NCBI GenBank assembly: GCA_029288725.1
Contig: JARIGS010000015.1
Location: 3,518-67,517, forward strand
Direction of reading: 5' to 3'
Source: Candidatus Nomurabacteria bacterium
GTDB taxonomy: Bacteria; Patescibacteriota; Minisyncoccia; Phycocordibacterales; UBA9973
DNA length: 64,000 nt
The position numbers were made by a program, and so were the translations under genes. The notes under the pieces were generated by a model. It was not told where the DNA came from and did not search any database. It saw nothing but the letters and a program-made list of their open reading frames with translations. This document shows positions 17,251 through 27,011 of the stretch, piece by piece. Each line of letters starts with the position of its first letter. Position 1 is the stretch's first letter.

Positions 17251-19909
17251 AAAGTATTTTTTTGAGATAGGTACCAGTATGCGAATGCTTGTTATTAGCA
17301 ACGTCCTCTGGCGTACCCTTGGCAACGATCTTGCCGCCATGAACACCGCCCTCGGGACCGAAGTCAATCAGCCAGTCGGCACATTTGATCAGGTCAAGGT
17401 TGTGTTCAATCACGACAACAGTATTGCCTTTTGCCACCAATCTATTTAACACACCGATCAGGTTTTTCACATCGTCATAGTGCAAACCGACTGTTGGTTC
17501 ATCGAGCAGATAGATGGTCTTTTCCAGATACGGACGATAGAGTTCAGAGGCAATCTTCACGCGCTGGGCCTCACCACCGGAAAGCGTCGTTGCCGATTGT
17601 CCCAATTTCACATAGCCCAATCCTACGTCTGACAGTGTTTTCAGACGATCATACAATGCCGGAATATCACCAAAGAATTCCAATGCTTCCTCCACGGTGA
17701 GCTGAAGGACATCGTAGATGCTTTTCTTCTTGTATTTCACCACCAATGTTTCCTTATCAAAACGCTTACCGCCACAAACATCACAGGTCACATACACAGT
17801 TGGCAGGAAGTGCATTTCTACGGCAATTTCACCATTTCCTTCACAGGCTTCACAGCGTCCACCCTTTACGTTAAATGAGAAACGGTTCACTTTCCAGCCG
17901 CGCAAACGCGCCTCGTCGGTTGCCGCGAACAAATCACGAATGTGAGTGAATGCTCCAGTGTAGGTTGCGATATTTGAACGAGGAGTGCGGCCGATTGGTG
18001 ACTGGTCAATCATGATTGCACGGGCCAAATATTCTGCACCGCTAAATGAAGCACAGTTAAAGGTCTTGGTACTGCGTAGCTTGCGTTCCAGTCGGGCCTG
18101 CAAGTTACTATAGAGGACATCGTACAGGAAGCTACTTTTTCCTGAACCTGACACACCGGTAATGCAAACCATGCGACCGAGCGGTACCTCAATATTTTGG
18201 TTGTGGAGATTGTGTAAGTTAGCACCAACTACCTTGATACTGCCCTTATCATCGCCACGACGCTTTTCAGGGATTTCAATGACCTCTTCCTTGCGCAAAT
18301 ATGCAAGCGTACGAGAGCCAGAATCATTTTTCTTGGCTTTCAACAAATCATTGAGATAGCCTGACACTACGACATTGCCGCCATGCACGCCGGCCTTAGG
18401 ACCAATATCAACGATATAGTCTGATGCATAAATAGTGTCCTCATCGTGCTCAACGACCAGAATGGTGTTGCCGATATCGCGAAGGTCTTCAAGCGTGCGA
18501 ATAAGGCGTTCATTGTCACGCTGATGCAGACCAATCGTTGGCTCATCAAGCACGTAGAGCGCGCCAACCAAACGAGAACCGAGCTGTGAGGCGAGACGAA
18601 TACGCTGGGCTTCCCCACCAGACAAAGTATTGGCAGTACGGTTAAGGGCCAAGTATTCCAATCCAACGTTTAGCAAGAAGTTTAAACGATCTTCGATTTC
18701 CTTCGTTACGGCTTTGGCAACCTCCTTGTCTTTGGCAGAAAGCTTCAGGGTCACAAAGAAATCAAACGCTTCCTCAACAGACATGCTAGTGAGGTCAACA
18801 ACATTGATACCTTTGACCGTGCCATCCTTATTAGTCTGGGTCGCACCGAGGAACACGTTCAACGCCTCAGGGCGCAAGCGCTTGCCGTGACAGGCATCGC
18901 AGGGTTCAGTGCCACCATAAAATTTCGTACCAATACCGTTACAGGTTGGACATGCCCCATACGGGCTGTTGAATGAGAAGAGGCGTGGTTCGATTTCAGG
19001 AAATGAGAAACCATCGTTAGGACAAGCAAACTTACTTGAGAGCAGAAACTCCTGAATCAAATCAGTATCCATTGAAAAATCTGGAGAAGTACCGAAAGTT
19101 ACTTGGACCAAACCATCGGCTTCAAGCAATGCCCGCTCAACTGCTTCTGACAAACGCAGTTCGGCATCACGAGGAGTGTCCTTGAATTCGTGAATTGCCA
19201 ATTCATCCACCAGCACTTCGATATTGTGTGCGGTGTTTTTATTCATTTCGATTTTCTCACGGAGGTTTTTGACCTGACCATCAACACGAACGGTTGAAAA
19301 GCCGCGACCCAGCAAGTCGTAGAGTAATTGATAATATTCTCCTTTTCGGCCGCGAACGACTGGGGCAAAAATTTGAATACGAGTATCGTCCCAACTCACG
19401 CCCATCACTTCCTTCTGCTGTTTATTCTTGGCTTTCGAAAGTTCCTTGATTTTGTTCAGGACGAAACCGTTGATTTCCTCCATTGAAAGCTTTTGAATGA
19501 GCGTACCGCAGACCGGACAGTAAGCCTTACCGACACGGGCATAGAGCACGCGAAGATAGTCGTAGATTTCAGTGATCGTTGCCACTGTTGAACGAGGGTT
19601 GTTGGAACGCGACTTTTGATCAATAGAAATCGCTGGCGATAGACCGGTGATCTCATCGACATCAGGCTTGGGCATCTGATTCAAAAATTGACGAGCATAG
19701 GAAGACAGTGACTCAACGTAGCGGCGTTGGCCTTCGGCAAAGATCGTATCAAAAGCCAGGGAACTCTTCCCTGACCCCGACATGCCCGTGATTGCCACCA
19801 TGGCATTGCGCGGCATTTCTACTGAAATATTCTTGAGGTTGTGGGTGCGCGCACCCTTCACCACAATACTCTCCGCTGCCTGTTCAGCTTTTCTCTTTCC
19901 TTTTTCCAC
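17249..19909 (-). CDS. uvrA: Excinuclease ABC subunit A
   Basis: Two ABC ATPase modules (GMSGSGKSSLAFDT; GVSGSGKSSFLYDV), zinc-finger Cys clusters, LSGGEAQR signatures. GTG start. Confidence 0.95.
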   Translation of the reverse strand: MEKGKRKAEQAAESIVVKGARTHNLKNISVEMPRNAMVAITGMSGSGKSSLAFDTIFAEGQRRYVESLSSYARQFLNQMPKPDVDEITGLSPAISIDQKSRSNNPRSTVATITEIYDYLRVLYARVGKAYCPVCGTLIQKLSMEEINGFVLNKIKELSKAKNKQQKEVMGVSWDDTRIQIFAPVVRGRKGEYYQLLYDLLGRGFSTVRVDGQVKNLREKIEMNKNTAHNIEVLVDELAIHEFKDTPRDAELRLSEAVERALLEADGLVQVTFGTSPDFSMDTDLIQEFLLSSKFACPNDGFSFPEIEPRLFSFNSPYGACPTCNGIGTKFYGGTEPCDACHGKRLRPEALNVFLGATQTNKDGTVKGINVVDLTSMSVEEAFDFFVTLKLSAKDKEVAKAVTKEIEDRLNFLLNVGLEYLALNRTANTLSGGEAQRIRLASQLGSRLVGALYVLDEPTIGLHQRDNERLIRTLEDLRDIGNTILVVEHDEDTIYASDYIVDIGPKAGVHGGNVVVSGYLNDLLKAKKNDSGSRTLAYLRKEEVIEIPEKRRGDDKGSIKVVGANLHNLHNQNIEVPLGRMVCITGVSGSGKSSFLYDVLYSNLQARLERKLRSTKTFNCASFSGAEYLARAIMIDQSPIGRTPRSNIATYTGAFTHIRDLFAATDEARLRGWKVNRFSFNVKGGRCEACEGNGEIAVEMHFLPTVYVTCDVCGGKRFDKETLVVKYKKKSIYDVLQLTVEEALEFFGDIPALYDRLKTLSDVGLGYVKLGQSATTLSGGEAQRVKIASELYRPYLEKTIYLLDEPTVGLHYDDVKNLIGVLNRLVAKGNTVVVIEHNLDLIKCADWLIDFGPEGGVHGGKIVAKGTPEDVANNKHSHTGTYLKKIL

Positions 19910-19925
19910 GAGAACAATTATACCA
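19910..19925 (-). promoter_or_regulatory. Extended -10 promoter TGGTATAAT for uvrA, leaderless
   Basis: TATAAT = revcomp of 19917-19922 with TGG upstream. GTG start codon begins about 7 nt downstream, which puts the predicted TSS at the start codon. Confidence 0.5.
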
Positions 19926-19997
19926 CAAAAGTCAATATAGAGCGAGTATAATTGACAATCCCTACTGATGGAGTAGTCTAGAAAAAACCCTACGCAT

Positions 19998-20333
19998 ATG
20001 TACCATATAACTCATTTTGTTGTGCCGGTTCAGCAATCTATAGAACCGATAGTAAAAGCAATGTTCTTTACCCGCCAGGAAGATCCTGAAATATTTTTCT
20101 TCAAAATAGGCCCTGATTTTAAGGTTAAAGAAATAATTGAAAACTGGGCTGAGAAGAAAGAAATTATTGCTTTTGAAGAAGAGATTCCATTACTCTATCC
20201 TGAATACGATGTTCTATGGATGGATACACAAACTGGCCACCTTTGGCTTGCTGATCAGTATGATGCTGAAAAAAATAAGCGCCTTATTGGCAAGTATGAT
20301 TTTATCAAGCGGGAATGCCGACAGGCAGCATGA
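19998..20333 (+). CDS. Hypothetical protein (111 aa)
   Basis: ORF between divergent uvrA and convergent uvrB. TTGACA at 19952-19957 upstream. Terminator follows. Confidence 0.45.
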   Translation: MYHITHFVVPVQQSIEPIVKAMFFTRQEDPEIFFFKIGPDFKVKEIIENWAEKKEIIAFEEEIPLLYPEYDVLWMDTQTGHLWLADQYDAEKNKRLIGKYDFIKRECRQAA

Positions 20334-20342
20334 GCTGCAAAA

Positions 20343-20370
20343 ACGCCTCGATATATCGAGGCGTTTTTAT
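20343..20370. terminator. Bidirectional intrinsic terminator
   Basis: Hairpin aacgcctcgat-at-atcgaggcgtt with T-run. Confidence 0.75.
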
Positions 20371-22427
20371 TATGGATTAATATACGTCTTCTCTCTCAAG
20401 ACCTTAATCTCATCACGGAGAATGGCGGCGGTTTCGAAGTCCAGTAATTTCACCGACTCTTTCATTTCAGCTTCTTTGAGTGCAATCAGTTTTTCGATAG
20501 GGTTTTTCTTGCCACGCTTCCCTTTTCCATCCTTTTCTAATTGAGCAAAGAGCGCAATATCAAGTGCCAGTTCAGCATTGACGGCCTTGCTGTGTTCGCT
20601 TTCCATACCCTGAGTAATATCAAGAATTTTCTTCTGAATGGTAGTTGGGGTGATGCCATGCTCCTTGTTGTATGCAAGCTGGATGTCACGACGACGATTG
20701 GTTTCCTTAATGGCGCGATCCATTGAGCCGGTCATGGTGTCGGCATAGAGAATAACCCGACCATTGGCATTACGAGCGGCACGACCAATAGTTTGAATCA
20801 ATGACACTTCACTGCGGAGGAAGCCTTCCTTGTCAGCATCCAAAATACCGATCAGTGTCACTTCCGGCATATCCAACCCTTCACGAAGCAGGTTCACCCC
20901 GATCAGCATGTCGAACTCACCCTTGCGGAATTGAGTAATAATCTGAATACGTTCGATCGTCTTCACATCACTGTGAATATACGCCGCCTTGATTTTCTTT
21001 TCCTTCAGATAGTCAGTGAGGTCTTCCGCCATGCGCTTGGTCAGTGTTGTTGCCAGCACGCGACCACCCTTTTTAATTTCTGCTTCTGACTCGGTAATAA
21101 AGTCCTGAACCTGGCCAAGATAGCCACCGTTTTCAAGAATAGGACGAACTTCTACCAAAGGATCAACCAATCCAGTCGGACGAATGATTTGTTCCACTAC
21201 CTTGGTCGAATGCTCGGTTTCGTATTTACCCGGTGTTGCAGAGACAAAGATAGTGTCACCAATGCGCTCCTTAAATTCCTCAAACTTCAACGGACGGTTA
21301 TCCTTGGCGCTCGGCAAGCGAAATCCGAATTCCACCAGGGTGGATTTGCGTGAGGCATCACCGGCATACATACCCTGCAATTGCGGCAATGACACATGGG
21401 ACTCATCGATGAACAGCATGAAGTCCGGACTGCCATCAGCCTTGTGAGGAAAATATGATAGTAGTGTTTCTGGTGGTTCTCCTGCCATCTTGCCTGACAT
21501 GTGACGAGAATAGTTCTCAATACCGGAACAGTAGCCAACCTCGCGGATCATCGCCAAGTCATAGTTCGTGCGGCGCTTGATGCGTTCCGCTTCCAGCAAT
21601 TTTCCTTCCAATTCAAAATGCTTGAGCTGCTCATCGAGCTCGTGCTTGATCGCATTGATGGCACGGTCCTTTTCGTCCTCATTAGTAATGAAGTGCTTGG
21701 CCGGGAAGATAAAGATGCTGTCCTCCTCCTTGAGAATGCGTGCTGATACCGGATCAATCTTCAAAATACTTTTGACTGTCGTACCGGAAAATTCAATCAT
21801 GTACTGAATGGTGTCTGACACCGGCATAATCTCCACCTTATTGCCTAATGCGCGGAATTGTCCTGATGACAGGTCAGCGGTGGTACGGGAGAAATGAATG
21901 CTGATTAATCGCTCCATCGCTTCAGTACGCGACAAGGTCATGCCCTTCTCGATTTTAAAATTTTTCTTTTCGTATTCAACAGGAGAACCGAGACCGTAAA
22001 TACAGGAGACCGATGCAACGATGATGACGTCCTTGCGCGTAAGCAAAGACTGGGTGGAAGCGTGACGAAGACGATCAATTTCCTTGTTGATCTGGGCGTC
22101 CTTTTCAATATACGTATCCGTTACCGGCATGTAGGCCTCCGGCTGGTAGTAGTCGTAGTACGAAACGAAATAGTGCACGGCATTGTTCGGGAAGAATTCG
22201 GCAAACTCGGATGCCAACTGTGCTGCCAGGGTCTTGTTATGGGCAATGACCAGCGTTGGCTTTTGGATTTCCTGAATGATATTGGCCATCGTAAAGGTCT
22301 TTCCTGTTCCGGTTGCTCCAAGCAGGGTCTGCATTTTTTCACCCTTTTTCAGCCCTTCCAATAAGCCATTAATGGCCTTGGGCTGGTCCCCTGCGGGCTT
22401 ATAGTGATCTGATAGTTCAAACTTCAT
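20370..22427 (-). CDS. uvrB: Excinuclease ABC subunit B
   Basis: Helicase motif I ([15 protein letters not shown]), beta-hairpin region, DEAH-like (FIDESHV), C-terminal UVR domain ([15 protein letters not shown]). Confidence 0.95.
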   Translation of the reverse strand: MKFELSDHYKPAGDQPKAINGLLEGLKKGEKMQTLLGATGTGKTFTMANIIQEIQKPTLVIAHNKTLAAQLASEFAEFFPNNAVHYFVSYYDYYQPEAYMPVTDTYIEKDAQINKEIDRLRHASTQSLLTRKDVIIVASVSCIYGLGSPVEYEKKNFKIEKGMTLSRTEAMERLISIHFSRTTADLSSGQFRALGNKVEIMPVSDTIQYMIEFSGTTVKSILKIDPVSARILKEEDSIFIFPAKHFITNEDEKDRAINAIKHELDEQLKHFELEGKLLEAERIKRRTNYDLAMIREVGYCSGIENYSRHMSGKMAGEPPETLLSYFPHKADGSPDFMLFIDESHVSLPQLQGMYAGDASRKSTLVEFGFRLPSAKDNRPLKFEEFKERIGDTIFVSATPGKYETEHSTKVVEQIIRPTGLVDPLVEVRPILENGGYLGQVQDFITESEAEIKKGGRVLATTLTKRMAEDLTDYLKEKKIKAAYIHSDVKTIERIQIITQFRKGEFDMLIGVNLLREGLDMPEVTLIGILDADKEGFLRSEVSLIQTIGRAARNANGRVILYADTMTGSMDRAIKETNRRRDIQLAYNKEHGITPTTIQKKILDITQGMESEHSKAVNAELALDIALFAQLEKDGKGKRGKKNPIEKLIALKEAEMKESVKLLDFETAAILRDEIKVLREKTYINP

Positions 22428-22462
22428 ATATCTATTATATAGAAGGGGTCAAGCCCCCACAA
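22428..22462 (-). promoter_or_regulatory. Promoter TTGTGG-N17-TATAAT for uvrB, leaderless
   Basis: TATAAT = revcomp of 22434-22439, six nt upstream of ATG. -35-like TTGTGG at 22457-22462. Confidence 0.45.
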
Positions 22463-22466
22463 ATGA

Positions 22467-23675
22467 TTATTTTTTAGTATACCTTTCCAAAAAGTCTTTT
22501 TTATAGGTATGAAAAGTATCGCTGAGCAAGCTTTCGCGGATATTTTCGACAAGGCGGAGGATGAAATGAAGGTTATGAATTGATGCGAGGGTTGCAGCGG
22601 TCATTTCATCACCGCGGAAGAGATGCGCGAGATAGGCTTTGGTATGGTGCTGGCACGTATAACAGGTGCAGCCGACTTCAATCGGCGTGAAGTCGGTAAC
22701 AAACTTTGCATTGCGAAGATTGATGCGACCATCTGCAGTGTGAAGACTGCCATGACGAGCCATGCGTGTTGGTGCGATGCAATCAAAGAGATCGCAGCCC
22801 GCTTCTACTGCAGCAAACAAATCAGCCGGCTCACCGATGCCGAGCAAATGACGAGGCTTGTCTTCCGGCAAAATGGCATTGACCCAGCCAACAGCGGTGC
22901 CGATGTCATCCTTGGTAAATGAACCTCCAATACCATAGCCATCAAATCCTTCAGGGAAATCCGCTGTCGCCGCCAATGCCCCCATTGATCGTGCCGCTTC
23001 CTCGCGCAATTCCTGAAATCGTCCGCCTTGGATCACCCCAAAGAGTGACTGCTGCTTATCAACATCGAGTTCGGCATGACGAGTGAGGCAACGCTGTGCC
23101 CAGGCATACGTTCGTGCCAGGGATTTCTTTTGATACTCGTAGGGTGCAGTGGGACTGGTGCATTCATCAAATGCAAAGATCATATCGGCACCAAGTTTCC
23201 ATTGTGCCTCCATCGATGACTCTGGTGTAAACAGATGCTTGCTTCCATCCAAATGGGATTTGAACATCACCCCTTCGTCGGTGACCTTGGCCAGCTGTCC
23301 AGCATGAGCGGAAATATTTTCTACCGCATCTCCGGTTGCCACCTTACTGACAGCGTTACCAAATGCCGCACCAAGTGAAAACGCTTGAAAGCCTCCCGAA
23401 TCAGTCATTGTTGGACCGTGCCAATCCATAAACGGACCGAAGCCACCAGCCTGCTCGACAACGTCTGCCCCTGGTTGCAAATACAGGTGATAAGTATTGG
23501 CCAACACCACCTGCGCACCAAGACTTCTGATCTGTTCTGCCGTCAGTGATTTCACCGTCGCCTTAGTCCCGACCGTCACAAATGCCGGTGTCTGGATGAC
23601 CCCATTCTTTGTTTCAATCGTTCCCGCCCGCGCCAGCGTTCCCTCCAATTTCTTTTGTATAGTAAATTTCAGCAT
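22467..23675 (-). CDS. tgt: Queuine tRNA-ribosyltransferase (tRNA-guanine transglycosylase)
   Basis: MLKFTIQKK...ARAGTIETKNGVIQTPAFVTVGT N-terminus, catalytic Asp region (ILANTYHL), Zn site CTCYTCQHH. Start taken at internal Met. Confidence 0.9.
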   Translation of the reverse strand: MLKFTIQKKLEGTLARAGTIETKNGVIQTPAFVTVGTKATVKSLTAEQIRSLGAQVVLANTYHLYLQPGADVVEQAGGFGPFMDWHGPTMTDSGGFQAFSLGAAFGNAVSKVATGDAVENISAHAGQLAKVTDEGVMFKSHLDGSKHLFTPESSMEAQWKLGADMIFAFDECTSPTAPYEYQKKSLARTYAWAQRCLTRHAELDVDKQQSLFGVIQGGRFQELREEAARSMGALAATADFPEGFDGYGIGGSFTKDDIGTAVGWVNAILPEDKPRHLLGIGEPADLFAAVEAGCDLFDCIAPTRMARHGSLHTADGRINLRNAKFVTDFTPIEVGCTCYTCQHHTKAYLAHLFRGDEMTAATLASIHNLHFILRLVENIRESLLSDTFHTYKKDFLERYTKK

Positions 23676-23790
23676 ATAAACATGTTTGTTATAACATACT
23701 GCTTCCCGTTCACATAATACGAAAGAAGCGGGGCGTTTTTTATTTTCTGCATTTTGGGGCGGGGCCAATCTTTAATGATATACTGCATTT

Positions 23791-24303
23791 ATGACTAAAG
23801 AAGACATCGTGAAGCTGTATCCTGATATTGATGTAAATGAAAGTGGCGGACCGGACACTTTTCGTCCGGAAGTAGAAATCGTTGAGCGTGATCCGATCGC
23901 AGTTATTATCAAGCATCCGACTGAGGAATCATATTTGATTGCACAGTGGAGCAATGGTTGGTGCGGATTACTGACCGGAGGGATTGAGCCAGGAGATACG
24001 GTGGAAGATACCGTGCGCAAGGAAGTCCTCGAAGAAGCAGGGTTTAAACATGTTGGCACAATACAGCCACTTGATTGCGTTTCGCATGGGCTGTTTTACC
24101 ACACGGTAAAAGGAGTAAATAGACTGGCGCATTACCATCTCGTCTTTGCACAACTAACAGACCTAGAACAAGCGATCATTTCCGAAGAAGAATTGGCAAT
24201 AGCGACATTTATATGGGTAAGCAAAGATACAGTGGAAGAAATCCTGCCTCGCGAAGATATGAAAAAACTGTGGAGGTTTTATCTGCAGACAAGTTTGTCT
24301 TAA
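23791..24303 (+). CDS. NUDIX hydrolase
   Basis: Nudix box GGIEPGDTVEDTVRKEVLEEAGF (Gx5Ex7REUxEExGU). Confidence 0.8.
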   Translation: MTKEDIVKLYPDIDVNESGGPDTFRPEVEIVERDPIAVIIKHPTEESYLIAQWSNGWCGLLTGGIEPGDTVEDTVRKEVLEEAGFKHVGTIQPLDCVSHGLFYHTVKGVNRLAHYHLVFAQLTDLEQAIISEEELAIATFIWVSKDTVEEILPREDMKKLWRFYLQTSLS

Positions 24304-24307
24304 ATTA

Positions 24308-24332
24308 AAAAAGCCCCCAGTTAGGGGGCTTT
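24308..24332. terminator. Bidirectional intrinsic terminator
   Basis: Hairpin agccccc-agtta-gggggct preceded by A-run and followed by T-rich run. Confidence 0.7.
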
Positions 24333-24335
24333 GCA

Positions 24336-25034
24336 TTATGCATACTGTTTATTTTTTGATGCTGATATCTGAATTAAAATAAGGTTAATATGCTCATCAA
24401 TACTCTTTTGAAGTGTATTTCTCTTCTTTTTATCGAGGGTTTCAAACTTAAATGAGTATTTATTATCAAACCCTCTTTCACCAAGTGTTTGTATGCTTTC
24501 CTTAAACAACCCGGAAAAGAACCAAAAGTCAATCGATGCAATACTTACCGGTATAACAAACTCATAAAGCCTGCGGTCCTCATCGATTCTGTTAAGTGCA
24601 AGCATTGATCTGATAGATCTCCCCTTTTCCTTTCCAACGAAAGAGGTTTGGCATCCTGACTGAAATTTATCGAGATTGATGACAACATCAGCCTTCAGTC
24701 TGTCAGGGTAAATGTTCATTTCCTTGTCTTGGGTATTACGAGTAACTCCGTTGTGAGTAATAGTTAAGATCGTACAACGCAACGTGGTTTGGGTCACACC
24801 AAAACAATACGGACCCCATCCTGACAAAGGTTGTTCAACCCTAAAGGTAACCCTGTCTCCATCATCAATATCGCTATAGTCCGCTATATGATATTTATTA
24901 ATAACCTGGTAGGTAGATACGCTACCTTGTTGCCGGCCGGAGCAGTCAGTTCCTAGACAATGGTATACCTTAACTTGGATACCCATAAGTTTATCAAGGT
25001 AAATGCTTCCTTCTAAAATTTCTTCTTTTTTCAT
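24336..25034 (-). CDS. Hypothetical protein, low-GC orphan
   Basis: 232-aa ORF from MKKEEILEG (longer ORF to 25139 is possible). Visibly AT-rich compared with neighbours. Own upstream terminator and TTGACT-like promoter. No recognised motif. Confidence 0.5.
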   Translation of the reverse strand: MKKEEILEGSIYLDKLMGIQVKVYHCLGTDCSGRQQGSVSTYQVINKYHIADYSDIDDGDRVTFRVEQPLSGWGPYCFGVTQTTLRCTILTITHNGVTRNTQDKEMNIYPDRLKADVVINLDKFQSGCQTSFVGKEKGRSIRSMLALNRIDEDRRLYEFVIPVSIASIDFWFFSGLFKESIQTLGERGFDNKYSFKFETLDKKKRNTLQKSIDEHINLILIQISASKNKQYA

Positions 25035-25096
25035 TGCTACAGTTTTTTGACATATTGCCTTAATGGGTGAAAAAGTCAATATTTTAGAAACAAAAA

Positions 25097-25123
25097 AAGC
25101 CGCCCCGTTACTGTGCGGCTTTG
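25097..25123 (-). terminator. Intrinsic terminator of mreC
   Basis: Hairpin gccgc-cccgttactgt-gcggc with T7 run on minus strand. Confidence 0.65.
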
Positions 25124-25215
25124 TAAAAAATACCCTCAAACTACTGAAGGAACTTCGCTAAATTTAAATTCTTTGAATCGTTGAACACTTAGTGTTCAAC
25201 GTGTATCAGCCGATC

Positions 25216-25980
25216 CTATCGCACGATCACCCACTTCAATGCCTGAAGATTAACCGGTACTTTGGCAAGGAGACGCTGAAAAGGATCGCGAGGGTCGGTG
25301 ATAATTTTTTCAACGGTAGCAAGAGTGGCGACATTGACAGACTGAAGCGCGACGGTTGCACCGACGCTAAATGGTACATCGCGAGGCAACTGAACTTCGT
25401 ATTCGCCGGCGCCGCGACCGATCAGGGTCACTGCCACATCACTGCCCACTGCCGTACCGGAAGTCTGACGACCAGAAGCACTATAAAGCTGAACGGTAGC
25501 GGTATGAGTATCGACGTTGGAAATCGTACCAAGTGCGACACTGCCGAAACCATAGACCACCATATTTTCCTTGATGCCCTCGGCACTGCCGGCATCGATG
25601 AGCATCGTGTCATAGAAACTGCGATTTGGAAGAGTGAGAACATGGGCAAGCGTACCGGTAGGTGCAGGACTGCGGCCGAGCTCAGCCTTCAATGCCATGT
25701 TTTCATCCTGCAATTGCTTGAGGGTTGTAAGCTCGGCATCGTAACTTGTCAGTGTGGTCTGCATGGCCGTAACCTTGCGGATCAATGCGCGCTTTGAAAG
25801 CAACTCATTGCTGACCGTACCGCCATAGACGGGCGGAACTTGCGATACCATTTTTTTCGCAATATAGGTCGCAAGGACGATACAAAGAAGTACGCTCGCA
25901 ACAACAATACTGACGCGTGCCCAGACCGGCAGTGCGCGCCATGGTTCCTTTTTTTTCAATGTCGACTTATAACGAGGCAT
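25216..25980 (-). CDS. mreC: Rod shape-determining protein MreC
   Basis: N-terminal TM, coiled-coil, C-terminal beta-rich domain. Overlaps mreB stop by 14 nt. Confidence 0.8.
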   Translation of the reverse strand: MPRYKSTLKKKEPWRALPVWARVSIVVASVLLCIVLATYIAKKMVSQVPPVYGGTVSNELLSKRALIRKVTAMQTTLTSYDAELTTLKQLQDENMALKAELGRSPAPTGTLAHVLTLPNRSFYDTMLIDAGSAEGIKENMVVYGFGSVALGTISNVDTHTATVQLYSASGRQTSGTAVGSDVAVTLIGRGAGEYEVQLPRDVPFSVGATVALQSVNVATLATVEKIITDPRDPFQRLLAKVPVNLQALKWVIVR

Positions 25981-27010
25981 GATCTTCTAGTGAGACAAGG
26001 GTCTGCTTATACTCATCAAACTGTTCCAAAATGATGCCGGTACCGCGAGCGACCGCTGACAATGGATCCTCGGCAATCAATATTGGTAATTGTAACTCCT
26101 GCTGCAGGAGCAATGCTAGTCCTCGAAGGTTGGCACCGCCACCCGTGAGCACAATGCCGGTCTGAAGAATATCGGACACCATTTCCGGCGGTGCGGTTTC
26201 AAGCACTTCCTGAATACCAGCGACGAGCAACGCTACCGTGCGGGCAAATGCTTCACGGACATCGCCATCAGTGACAATCAATGCCTTTGGCAAACCGCTG
26301 ACGAGATCGCGACCGCGGACCTCGGTTTCCATGTATTCCGTTTCAAGAGCGGAACCAAGTTCCAATTTCACGCTTTCGGCCGTGCGTTCCCCTACCAACA
26401 ACTTAAATTCATCACGAAGGTAGTCAATAATACGAGCATCAAAATGATCGCCAGCTACCCGCAGATTGAGTGAGCGAACAATACCGCCCAATGCAATAAG
26501 CGCGATGTCGGTAGTCCCCCCGCCAATATCCACGATGAATGACGCTTGTGCAGAAAGCACTGGCAACCGCACGCCAATTGCCGCGGCCATTGCTTCCTCA
26601 ACAAGAAATACGTCGCGCGCACCAGCATCAATACCGGCATCATAGACGGCGCGCAATTCAACATTGGTAATGCCAGAAGGAACGCCGATCAATACACGCG
26701 GTCGAAAAAATTTCTTTGAAATTTTTTCGACCTTGCGAATGAAGTACGCCAGCATTTCCTCCGCCATTTCAAAGTCAGACACGACGCCCTCAACAAGCGG
26801 TCGCACGATCTTGATGTGTTCCGGCGTCTTGCCCCACATCTCCTTGGCTTCACGACCAATTGCCACGATCTGTCCGGTCTTCTGGTTTACTGCAACGATC
26901 GACGGCTCATTGATGACAATGCCGTGACCTTTGACATACACGAGTGTATTGGCAGTACCCAAATCGATACCGATGTCATTTGAAAATCGTTCGTAGAATT
27001 TTTTAAACAT
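25967..27010 (-). CDS. mreB: Rod shape-determining actin homologue MreB
   Basis: IGIDLGTANTLVYVKG, actin-fold phosphate motifs (VDIGGGTTD). Confidence 0.93.
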   Translation of the reverse strand: MFKKFYERFSNDIGIDLGTANTLVYVKGHGIVINEPSIVAVNQKTGQIVAIGREAKEMWGKTPEHIKIVRPLVEGVVSDFEMAEEMLAYFIRKVEKISKKFFRPRVLIGVPSGITNVELRAVYDAGIDAGARDVFLVEEAMAAAIGVRLPVLSAQASFIVDIGGGTTDIALIALGGIVRSLNLRVAGDHFDARIIDYLRDEFKLLVGERTAESVKLELGSALETEYMETEVRGRDLVSGLPKALIVTDGDVREAFARTVALLVAGIQEVLETAPPEMVSDILQTGIVLTGGGANLRGLALLLQQELQLPILIAEDPLSAVARGTGIILEQFDEYKQTLVSLEDHASL

Positions 27011-27011
27011 G

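Noticed and set aside
22428-22466. GGGG-tcaagc-CCCC hairpin upstream of uvrB as a terminator for tgt
   Set aside because: Only a 4-bp stem. The sequence is better explained as the uvrB -35/-10 region.
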